From positions 61,876,001-61,940,000 of the forward strand of contig CM060733.1 in assembly GCA_030704615.1 (NCBI GenBank): a stretch of 64,000 nt of DNA, written 5' to 3'. Source of the stretch: Takakia lepidozioides. Its lineage: Eukaryota; Plantae; Bryophyta. A program made the position numbers and the translations under genes. Below, piece after piece: positions 1 to 10,641 of this stretch. The notes beneath the pieces were generated by a model, which saw nothing but the letters and a program-made list of their open reading frames with translations, made no database searches and was not told the origin of the DNA. Position 1 is the first letter of the stretch; every line of letters begins with the position of its first letter.

Positions 1-297
1 GGGAGATGTGCACACAAGACTGCCAGGATAGCGTGCGGGGAAGCTCCCTGGTAGAAGGAGGATGCAGCGATGGGAAGGAATGCGGTGCCGATTTGTCCGA
101 GCGACGAAGCCTGATCCAAATCCAGGGAGCCAACTATCTCAAAAATCCACAGTTAGAGTGTTAATGAATCTTGTCTCCGGAATGCGGCCCCTGGTCTTTG
201 CGCAATAATTGCCAACGGTATGCAGTCAGAATGTGGGGGGCCGTCCGGATGATGTCGGCTAAAGGGGAGAAGCCGGCACCGTGCCGTCACATTACTA

Positions 298-2235
298 CCC
301 CCGGATGGAAATTCGGCACTGAATATCCAACAGGGGCCGCACGTATGAAGTCGCCTCGGGCAGAGAAGCCGGAACCTATCCGACAGAGAACAACCCCCGG
401 ATGGAAATTCAGCGTCGAATTTCCATTCGGATCCACCCAAAGAAAGTCATGTCGGGGGTCAGGCCGAAAATTGGCCGACATAAAAACCTCCGCGGATGGA
501 AAAACGGCGCCGAATTTCCATCCGAGGCCTTTCGGATGCAGTCGGCTCGGGGGAAAGGCCGCCATCTGGCCCTTACATTACAACCCCCGGACGGAAATTC
601 GGCACCGAATATACAACAGGGGAAGCCCGGATGAAGTCGCCTCGGGCGTAGAGGCCGACGCGTGTGCGACAGAGAATATCCCCTGGATGGAGATTCGGCA
701 CCGAATTTCCATCCGGGCCCCCCCAAAGGAAGTCGTGTCGGGGGGTCAGGCCAAAAACTGGCCGGCATAAAAACATCCCCAGATGGAAAAACGGCGCCGA
801 ATTTCCATCCGGGGCGGTTCGGATGCAATCGGGGAGGGGGGAGAGGCCGGCACCTGGCCGTCACAGTTCAACCCCCGGACGGAAATTCGGCACCGAATAT
901 CCAACAGGGGACGCCCGGATGAAGTCGCCGCGGGCGTAGAGGCCGGCACGTGTTCGACAGAGAGTATTCCTTGGATGAAGATTCGGCGCCGAATTTCCAT
1001 CCGGGGCCGTTCCAATGCAGTCGGAGAGGGGGGAGAGGCCGGCACCTGGCCGTCATATTTCAACCCCCGGACGGAAATTCGGCACCGAATATCCAACAGA
1101 GCGGCGGAGAGGCCGGCACCTCTCCGACAGAGACCATCCCCCGGATGGAAATTCGGCGCCGAATTTCCATCGGGGCCCCCTCAAAGGAAGTCGTAAAAAC
1201 CTCCCAGAATGGAAAAACGGCGCCGAATTTCTTTCCGAGGCTGTTCCGATTTGCCTCTAGCAGTCAAGGATTCCAAGAAAAACGTGTCTACAAGTGCACT
1301 TCAGCCACAAAACAAACAGTTAGGTTTGTTTTTCTCCGAAAAATCAATCGGACACGCTCAGAATTACCTGCAGGAAGGTAATTCAGCGCTTCGAAATACC
1401 TGGCGAATGGAAATTCGGGGCCGAATATGCATACGCCAGCGATCCGACTTACCTGCTGGATGGAAATTCGGCGCCGGATTTCCATCCATCCGGGATTCGA
1501 ATTACCTGCAGGATGGAAATTCGGCGCCGGATTTCCATCCATCCGCCTCCGAATTACTTGCGTGAGGGAAATTTCGCGCGTCGCCCTATCTTGCAGGATG
1601 AAAATTCGGGGCCGGATTTCCATCCATCCGCCTCCGAATTACATGCATGAGGGAAATTTCGCGCGCCGCCCTACCTGCGCGGATGGAAATCCGGCGCCGG
1701 ATTTCCATCCATCCGCTTCTGAATTACCTGCGTGAGGGAAATTTCGCGCACCGCCCTACCTTGCAGGATGGAAATTCGGCGCTGAATTTCCATCCTGCTT
1801 GGCTCCGAATTACCTGCGTGAGGGAAATTTCGCGCGCCGCCCTACCTGCGCGGATGGAAATCCGGCGCCGGATTTCCATCCATCCGCTTCTGAATTACCT
1901 GCGTGAGGGAAATTTCACGCGCCGCCCTACCTTGCAGGATGGAAATTCGGCGCTGAATTTCCATCCTGCTTGGCTCTGAATTACCTGCGTGAGGGAAATT
2001 TCGCACGCCGCCCTACCTGCGCGGATGGAAATCCGGCGCCGGATTTCCATCCATCCGCTTCTGAATTACCTGCGTGAGGGAAATTTCGCGCGCCGCCCTA
2101 CCTTGCAGGATGGAAATTCGGCGCTGAATTTCCATCCTGCTGCGCTCTGAATTACCTGCAGGATGGAAATCCGGCGCCGGATTTCCATCCTGCAGCGCTC
2201 CAAATTACCTCTACGTTGGAAATTCCGGGCCGAGT
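298..2235. repeat. Type-A array of palindromes GGATGGAAATTCGGCGCCGAATTTCCATCC
   Basis: The palindrome recurs about every 96 bp in 298-1240 (three-site higher-order unit of ~288 bp: 298, 585, 873). In 1640-2150 it forms ~85-86-bp monomers and 171-bp dimers (anchor at 1713, 1884, 2055). Confidence 0.95.
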
Positions 2236-2530
2236 TCCGTCGTTTTTCATCCGACATGGAAGGTTTCATCCGACATTTAATTGCGCAGTTGGGCAATAAA
2301 TATCCACCGCCGTCCGTTTTTATTCGGGTTGGCGACACATGGCTTCCTGGATACGTACCCTAAATCTGATGCTAATCTTGGCTTAACATGCTATTCGAGG
2401 CATGTACCCCAAAAACGGAGATCTTTTTCCATTTTGGCTGGGACTTATGCCGCCTGAAGGGCATGGCTCTCCTGAGAGAGACCTCACATCCAGACCGCGG
2501 CGGAAGTTGAAAGCTCTGTACTACGGACGA

Positions 2531-5086
2531 CAGAAAAGGTGATACATTCTTAACCAAATTGTGGTGGCAACAACTCGTTTTTGTGGTGTTTGGCGCTTAC
2601 GAATATGCTGGGTGGTTGGACAGACCCGGTGGCTCCAAATCTAGAATGGTTCCCAAAGTACCAGGGACATGTGGAGCTTCCCCAAACCGGACAAACTCTC
2701 TGACCCCACATTCGACATGTGGATGAACCGCATGACATGGTGGTTTCAGGTACTTCCCCACGCTTCGTTTGGGGCTTCTACTCTACTAGGAGGTGGATTC
2801 ATTGTATTTTTTCAGGAAAGCGATCTGATGGAGAATCTCCACAGGTGACAACGAAAAGCAGCTGGACAAGAGCAGCTGGACACACAAGCACATCAGTTCA
2901 AGATGGAGATATCTCCTGCAGCAGAGAGCCTACGCGACTATGTGATGAGGTACTTTCTGCTCTACAAAACCAACCTATTCTTTCGGGAGATAGCAGATGC
3001 TCGCCGGAGCCACGAGTTCACCGACCAGCCGAACGCGGACAAAGCAGCAATGCGCCTTCTGTATAGGTACATATGCGCTGCCTTTCTTTCAAGTCCCTGC
3101 ATTTCAGGATATTAGAGGCCTCATGTGGTGTTAGGGAAAATGGCGCCGAATTTCCAGTCAGGGCTCCGAAAATGGCTAAGTCCCTAGACTGACTGGCACT
3201 GAACTGGAAATTCGGCGCCATTTACCAGTTCCAGGCCCTATTGCCGTTCAGGGACTTAGCCATTTTCGGGCTAAGTCCCTAGGGTGGCTGGCCCTGAAGT
3301 GGAAATTTGGCGCCATTTTCCAGTTCTAGGCCCTGTTGCCATTCAGGGACTTAGCCATTTTCGGGCTAAGTCCCTAGACTGGCTGGCCCCGAACTGGAAA
3401 CTCGGCATCATTTTCCAGTTCTAGGCCCTATTGCCGTTCAGGGACGTAGCCATTTTCGGGCTAAGTCCCTAGGGTGGTTGGCCCTGAACTGGAAATTCGG
3501 CGCCATTTTCCAGTTCTAGGCCCTATTGCCGTTCAGGGACGTAGCCATTTTCGGGCTAAGTCCCTAGGGTGGCTGGCCCTGAACTGGAAATTCAGCGCCA
3601 TTTTTCCAGTTCTAGGCCCTATTGCGGTTCTGGGACTTGGCCATCTTCGGGCCAAACCGGGAAAAATGGCGCCGAATTTCCAGTTCAGGGCTCCCAAGAT
3701 GGCTAAGTCCCTAGGGTGGCAGTCACCGAAAACCGAAATTCGGCGCCATTTTTCCATTTCTAGGCCCACTCACATCCGCCCCAACCTGGGAAAATGGTGC
3801 CGAATATGCATTTCAGGGACCTCATTGTGTTTTTCATGAATGCAGGTACTGCAAGTTCTCCTTTTTGGAGAAAGGTCATCTGTCTTTCGAGCCACCATTC
3901 TTCCTGGCATGGAGGAACCCTGGGGCTGACTCCATGTACACTGACGATATTGTGAAGGAGTGGCATCTGGAACATTTGCGTGATTGCCCTTGGTATGTGG
4001 ACCTTCCGCCCGGCTCGCTCGACCCATCCGAGTTTCAATTGAAGCTGGATGCTGAATTCCGACAAAACCGGGCTCCGCTGCCTCCGTTGGGTGCAAAAGA
4101 GGCAAAAGCGCTTGCGAACTCTAGGAAAGCGGCAGAGCTTGCTCAGGCAGGAATTCAGGAGAAATTGCATGATAAGAGTAAAGGCCAAAGGAAAAGGACA
4201 AGGAAACAGGTGAGTGCAGTAACACCCAAAAAGAAGAAAACCATCGGGGCATCGGAGGAGGCGCAGGAGGGGACCCAAGAGAGTGACTCGGACGACGACT
4301 TTGTTCAAGGTCCTGCGACTGCTGTTGCTCCTACCCAGTCACCAGTCGTCCGGGTTCCCAAGTCAGTTCGGAGTGGGACTGGCTCTGCCAAGAAGTTGGC
4401 ATTTGAGGGCGAGCCTACACGGCGGTATTCGGCGGTGACGTTTACGCACAGGCCAAAGCTAGAACCTCCAACCATCATCCAATGCGTCAATGAGAGCTTC
4501 CTTGATGCTCTCGCTGCCAGGGCGAAGAAGGTGGCACACAGCAAGTCTCTGGCGGAGCAGAAGGGGAAAGCCAAGAAGAGGGCTGGCGGTACAGAGCCTA
4601 AAGACACCCCTGGTTTTGAAGCCATGATGGAATTCTTCACAGCTGTGAGCACGGATTGCAAGAGCACTCGGGGGGGGGGGGGGGGGTTGAGGTGGAGAGA
4701 GCTTGCGACATGATTCTCCTCGACATTCCAGATGGGGAGCTGCTGGAGGGCCTGGATGGTGTGCCCACCTGGAACAGGTTTACTGAGGACTACTGGAAAC
4801 CCGGGTTTGGGCTGGCGGGGATGCTTCTGGATGACGGTGGATGTGTGGTTGTCCTTGCCACGAGAGGGAAGACCACAGAGAATGCGGTGGCAAGGTGGAC
4901 ACCGAAAAGTGTCACCCCGGTCCTCCTCAGAAAATGGTTCTGCATCAGTACACAGGGGTTGCAAACAGAGGGCCAAAGTGTAAGTTATCAATCTATTGCA
5001 TTCACTTCATATTGTGGTGTATGTTAAGTAGACCCTGGAGTTGATCCCATCTTTGTTGGATGTGCAGACATTGGTGTTTGAGGCAT
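2531..5086 (+). pseudogene. Truncated copy of the transposon-borne multi-exon gene with a beta-class amino-MTase domain (exons ~2531-2749, 2816-3066, 3846-4979, 5068-5086)
   Basis: GT-AG introns 3067-3845 (AG|G joins LLYR to YCKFSFLEKGH in frame) and 4980-5067 (GQS|TLVFEA in frame). Encodes CDMILLDIPDG...VPTWN...LLDDGGCVVV. Frameshift at G17 (4670-4686), and cut off at 5086 before the SAM-binding half. Confidence 0.75.
3135..3815. repeat. Type-B array (GGAAATTCGGCGCCATTTTCC alternating with GGGACTTAGCCATTTTCGG) inside intron 3067-3845
   Basis: About 95-bp units with the core at ~3207, 3301, 3397, 3491 and 3586. Related arrays lie at 15280-16185 and 62025-62870. Confidence 0.9.
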
Positions 5087-5657
5087 CACTAGAAGCATTC
5101 CTGTCATTTACCACTAGGGTAACGACTCATTTTGAGTCGTAAAAGTCAAAAAACTGGGATCGACTGGAAGTTACAACAGACTAGTTACAACAGACGTGGT
5201 AGTTGGGTTGGACATCCAATGATTGGAGTGGTAAAGGACGCAGACGCGCGAACAACTGCTCAGCGATTAATGCGATTAATGCGATTAATGCTGAAGAACC
5301 ACGTGGCGTAACCAGGCGGGCCGCCCGTGTGTCTAACCTTTTGGGCTGACTTTGACTTTTCCCTCCGGATGAGTGGACCGACTCACTGAAGCGCGGTGAC
5401 ACATGGACGCGGACGTGGACGACGATGTGGATGCCGACGTGGCGGCGCCACGACGAGCACCACTGCTGCCACGTGGCCACGAGCCCGGGGCGCCACGTGG
5501 TAGTAAACCACATAACTTGCAGTGCTACATGCCCAGTGGCAGTTGCGACTGCGGAAGTTGGCGCAACCACTGCTTTACTACTTTACATGAAGTGCTCAAA
5601 ATTACTTGAACAATCATTCATAGTGATTTATGCTTTGGAGTTTTGGTGTTTGTAGTG
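5087..5657. mobile_element. Possible small non-autonomous CACTA-like element
   Basis: Begins CACTAGAAGCA exactly where copy C homology ends, and ends TGTTTGTAGTG (reverse complement CACTACAAACA, 9/11 match). No matching 3-bp TSD. Confidence 0.25.
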
Positions 5658-5947
5658 AGTCGACTAGTAATGCCATACAAGAGAACTAATCATGCATTAG
5701 AAATGCACAAACGATGAAAGACATGCCATGAAACAAAATGAAATGAAAATGAATGAAATGAAACAAAATGTTACTTTATTACATCTGCGGAAAGCTCAAA
5801 GAGCTTTTGGAACAAAATGAAAAACACAAAGTAAAAAAGCAGCCCAAAAGCTACTGCTGCTCTGGGGATTGCCTAAGGGTCAAGGCCTCGTGCAAGTCAA
5901 GCAATTCTGATCCTCATAATGCAAGACTTCAGCGAGTTCCACGGAAT

Positions 5948-7030
5948 AGACCATCTACCCATGGAGGTTTCTTGTAGTTATTGATCCACAGGGAATCATA
6001 GGTAAATCTTGTGCTTGAAATTTGGCCCTCTAGGATGAATCTGGACCACACTCTATCCCTACACCTTCAGCTATCCATGCCCCTGCACAAATCATGCATT
6101 CATCCTTGCCTTGCTGCTAGTAGCTGACAATGACAACCTACATTTGTTCTAGGAAACACCCAACTCAGCTTATCACATTAGTTCCTATGCTCAATTGCGT
6201 CTGCTACTCTCTGAAATGTAGCAGGCATTCACCTTTTTGCCTCGGTTGTCCCATCATTGACTGGGGGCAGAAAAGTATTCATTCCACAGCTTCTCCTCAT
6301 GTCTGTTACTTGTTTTTTGATACTTTCCTGTTGTCACACAGCAGTATCATGTAAAGTCACTCCAAACTAGATTCACTCAACCAGTTAACTTGCATAATTC
6401 AACATGGAAATTTTGGACCGATTCTAATAAGAGGGAAAAACAGGGTGAAATGTGCTGAAGAAGATGCCTTCATTAACAATGTCTGATTTTATCAATTGTG
6501 CCGTTGCTGCCAGTTGACCATCTACCCATGCAGGTTTCTTGTAGCTTCATAGTTAATCTGAAGCTTGAAGTCTGGCCCTCTTGGGTGAATCTGCACCCAC
6601 ACTCTATCCTTGCTCCTTCAACTATCCATGCCTCGCACGAATCATGCATACAACCTTGCCTTGTTGCTAGCAGTTGACGATGACAGCCTAGACTTGTTCT
6701 AGGAAGCACCCAACTCAACTTATCACACTAGTTCCTACGCTCAATTGCATCTGCTACTCTCTATAATCCAACAAACATTCACCTTCTTGCCTCGATTGTC
6801 CCACCATTGACTGGGGTCAGAAAAATATTCATTCCACAACTTCTCCTCGTCTGTGTTACCTGTTTCTGATACTTTCCTGTTGTCACATTGGCAGAATCAT
6901 GTCAAAGTCACTCCAAACTATCAAAGCTTCACTCAACCAGCTAACTTGCAGAATTCAGACATTAATAATTAGGGGCGATTCTGATAAGAGGGAAAACAAG
7001 GTGAAATTGAAGAAGGTGCCTTCATTAGCA
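5948..7030. repeat. Diverged direct tandem duplication, ~520-bp units (~5948-6480 and ~6516-7030)
   Basis: Both units start GACCATCTACCCATG, share TTATCACA(T/C)TAGTTCCTA(T/C)GCTCAATTGC and CATTGACTGGGG, and end GA(T/GGT)GCCTTCATTA. Confidence 0.85.
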
Positions 7031-7034
7031 GTCA

Positions 7035-7195
7035 TTACACTCTATCCTTCGCTCAGCCATATTGTTGAACACTCCCCGTCTACAAGGGTAATGTTCAAAA
7101 TGACATCTGCCACAATTCCAGCTTTGACGATGCAACCATGGACCTCTTTGCCCTTCCCCAGCAGGCTCGCACATGCACTACAAACGCAAACAACT
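7035..7195 (-). pseudogene. PLS-class PPR gene fragment
   Basis: VCVCSACASLLGKGKEVHGCIVKAGIVADVILNITLVD is a typical L/S motif junction. Near-copy of 9990-10140. Confidence 0.7.
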
Positions 7196-9799
7196 GGTTG
7201 TGGCAAACTAGGAACAATATGTGTCAGAAGAAACCACTTATACAAATCTACAGCTTACAGGCTGTCTCTATCCTCAAAATCGGCAGCACATCACCCGCTG
7301 CTATGACATATATTGCCCTAGACACACATTGCCCTAACTGCCATCCCCCAAGATGCTACCCCCACCAGACTTCTCTCACTTGGGTCCTTGCAAGGCTGAC
7401 TTCCAGCTTTGACTCTGTGCATGGGGCCTATCGGACAACATACACCAGCAAGCCCTCCCCCTATCCTACATCAACTCATCTCAGTCTTATCAACTGCACA
7501 ACATATGATGGGAGTGAGTGCAACATGGGAAAGAGCCACAACACATGATGAGCTGTAGGGAAGAAGCAACATCGTGCAAGTAAAGCAAACGATGAAGCAG
7601 AAAGACGAGGCAACATGGGAGAAGGGAAAATGGGGTCCAAGGGCTGAGAAGGTCAACTGGTCAACAATGAGGAACTGGCTCTGGAGCACTATGTTGATGA
7701 TTAAAGGGAGCACCAAATACATGTGGGGCATCGCAGCAAAGTGCATGCCAACGAGGGTTAGAATAGTGCAAGAAAGACTCCACGGATGGTGGGCAGCCAA
7801 GGGAGATGCAGTGAGACAAGGCACTCATGGCAAGGGAGCTACCAAGACAAAACTGTTGATTAGGCTACGGAGAAAAAGGAAAGCACAAGATCAACTACGA
7901 GGAAAAGTAGCAATTCAAGCATGGGAGCTGCTGCTAAAACATGAGGAGGAAGACATACGAGGTGAAGCATCAAGGGAACCAGTAGGAGATGAGGAAGATG
8001 GAGCACACTTTCTTGTCAAAGGTTGGCGGCGAAGAATGCAACCCAGCAATCAGAAAGTGAGGCACCCGAGGCTGGACTGGTGCAAAGAGGTACAAAGACA
8101 GGAGCTGAGAATGAGATGTTGCCTTTCGTTGAAGTTCCCCACACAAGGGCTGTTTGGCAAGCAAAACCCCAGGCAAGGATGAGAGGTGAATCTGGGATAA
8201 AACCAGTAGCTGGGAGTGAGGAAAGACACAAGGAAGGGCAGCAATACCTTGTCAAATCTGAGGGTGATGGCTGGAGAAAATTAAACAAGGACTGGAAGTA
8301 TGGGAGCAGCAATCGCATGAAGAAAAATCTGCCTGAGACGCTGAAGAGTGAAAGGGAGGAAGACAGGCACCTCGCTTATGAAAAGTGGAAGGGCAGGGTA
8401 GAAAACCTGATGCCTGAAATTGATGGGAGCTCGTGGGAGACTCTGCCAAGAAGACTCCAATCAGCTATTGCCAACAATCGGACTAGTGAAAGATCGCCCT
8501 TGGCTGGCGCAACACCACAAAATAAGTGCAGCCCTGATAGCATGGTGAGTGGGGCACCAACAGAGCCAGAAAATGAGGGAGAAGGAGGAGACTTCCCTGC
8601 CAAGAAAGTCAATGCGGGCCTGCAGTGGCATGCAAGGAAAGGGACACCGTAAGTGTTGCCAACAGATGTAAATCAGTGCTCATTCATTCGAAAGCACCAC
8701 GGGAGATGAAGGAAAAGACACCTGCAGGGACGTTGAAGCATAAAAGAGGAGAGCACTTCACTTGGGAGAAAGTGAAGCATTGGAGAACGAGGCTGATGAC
8801 TGGCAGTCTGAAAAGGAAAGGCGGTTGTGGGAAACCCTGCCAAGACCCAAGACAACCATATAGAGAGAATCAAGCAGGTGGGAACTGCCCTTCATTGGGG
8901 TGGTGCAAACAAGAGCAAGACCAGAAGCTGAACCACATGAGAAGATAGTGTGTCATCACAGATGGAGACCCTGGAAAATGCTCTGCCCAGGAGATGAAGA
9001 ACATTAGGCAACTAGAAACGTGGGGGGCTGAATATGCTCTGCAGTCAACTTGGCTTGTTGAATGCTTGCATAAGAGATAAGGGGTTGTTGTCAGTACACG
9101 GCATTGAGTTCATCAAATCCTACAACAGCCCACCATCGCTGCCCACTGCTTACAAACTGCCACAAAAACAGTTTCACAGGACTTACAGATGATTGGTGGA
9201 AGGCAAGGCCCCTCGCCATGGGCCAGATTAATTGTATGTTGCAGCCCAGAACAACGACGAGATGTCATCTAGGGCAGCAAACCCCATCTTGGCAGCGTCT
9301 TTTGTGTGAGAGAAGTCAAGCTGAACCTGCTCATCATATCGAGTGGGATGGACCAGATGTAAAGCTGCCAAGCCAACCACACTCATATTCGCACTCAAGC
9401 AACATAAGCTGGAGCCATTTTCAGATTATGAGTACCCGTGTTTTAAGAATACTCCTTCTTCAACTTGCGGTGAACGGGTAGAAAACTTCACAATGTGCAG
9501 CAGATTAATGGACCAAGATGCGGAGCTGAATTGGGTATCCAGTTAGGCAATGCTGGTTTCAAAACCCCGTTCCATCCCTGCGTTTCGAAGATCTGGCTTG
9601 AATGGCACACTCCGGCAGTGGAAGGCTCACGGAGTAATGAGTTTGGGCTGATATGCATGCTGACATGCCATGCCGGTGCAAAGAACAACGTTCTGAGTGG
9701 CGATTGTGATCTCAAAATCTGCCCCTGCATTCAAGCTGATTTCTCTCTCGAGCAGAGCCGCCTTGTGGATGTTCCAGCCAGTGTCCAAAAACAGCTCAA

Positions 9800-10635
9800 G
9801 TGCAAGACAACAACATCAGCAAGGCATGGTTAGCTAAGCAAGGTCATGGTGGAGAGGCATTTGAACTCTCTGAACGTAATGTGGTCGGACTTCACCCCCT
9901 CCCACATCAACTGCTCATAGGTCTCCAAAACCTGCAATCCCCGCCCCTGTTGTGCATGTCCTGCGATCATCACTTTCCACGACACCACTTTTCGCTCAGC
10001 CATATTGTTGAACACTCCCTATCTAGAAGGGTATTCATGTTCAGAATGACATCTACCACAATTCCAGCTTTGACGATGCAACCATGGACCTCTTTGCCCT
10101 TCTCCAACAGGCTCGCACATGCACTACAAACGCAAACAAACGTAATGTGCTCGGGCTTCACCCCCTAGACCCACATCATTTGCTCATAGGTCTCCAAAAC
10201 CCGCAATCCCCGCCCATGTTGTGCATGTCCTGCGATCATCACGTTCCACCACGCCACATTTCGCTCAGCCATATTGTTAAACACTCCTTCTCCACAAGGG
10301 AATGCTCCCACGTTTGGCATACATGTCGACGAGGTATTGTTACATCTGGTACAGTTCCAGCTTTGACAATGTCACGATGGACCTCTTTGCCCTTTACCAA
10401 GTCTCCAGGGCTGCCAGGTTTGCACATGCATTGCAAACACAAATGAACGTGACCCGGTCAGGCTGCACCTCTTCTCAACATTTGCTCATATGTCTCCAAT
10501 GCCCTCATCCCGCACACATGCTGGCCATATCTTGCGAGATTCAGTGTGTTCCTTGAGACAACATCTTGTTCAGCCATGTTATCAAACTCTCCCTTCGCAA
10601 CTTCATAGGTCTCCAAAAGCCTCCATCCCACGTCC
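9800..10635 (-). pseudogene. Degenerate PLS-class pentatricopeptide-repeat gene remnant (several P-L-S triplets, frameshifted)
   Basis: EFDNMAEQDVVS, ALETYEQMLRRG, KGKEVHRDIVKAG, KPEHITFVCVCSACAS and FNNMAERKVVSWKVMIAGHAQQGRG..LETYEQLMWEGVKSDHITF occur in different frames. Confidence 0.8.
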
Positions 10636-10641
10636 CTGCTG

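Larger units (their letters stand above)
1..5086 (-). mobile_element. Copy C (partial, inverted relative to A/B) of the large 8-bp-TSD DNA transposon carrying an MTase-like gene and palindrome arrays
   Basis: 1-208 is the reverse complement of ~29347-29554, ~209-1680 of ~16680-18265, and 2531-5086 of ~60757-63434. The ATG of the GCM-like gene would lie just left of base 1. Homology stops abruptly at 5086 and no terminus is visible. Confidence 0.85.

Noticed and set aside
298-2235. CRISPR array (palindromic repeats with spacers)
   Set aside because: The spacers are themselves repeated in higher-order units and are 55-70 bp long, there are no cas genes, and the context is eukaryotic transposons.
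153-2363. Many overlapping ORFs with MEIRRRISI / GWKFGAEFPS / DGNSAPNFHP
   Set aside because: These are translations of the palindrome in all six frames. The same applies to 15423-18270 and 61995-62976.
4645-4697. Small intron (GTGAGC...GAG) bypassing the poly-G frameshift
   Set aside because: It would restore the frame, but it is only 53 nt in copy C and 44 nt in copy B, with a purine-rich acceptor; unlikely without RNA evidence.
5086-5668. Helitron (A|TC start, CTAG|T end)
   Set aside because: No clear subterminal hairpin, and the interrupted gene does not resume after the CTAG.
7574-8948. ORFs of 202, 209 and 107 aa
   Set aside because: No recognisable domain; purine-rich degenerate sequence, probably old repeat debris.
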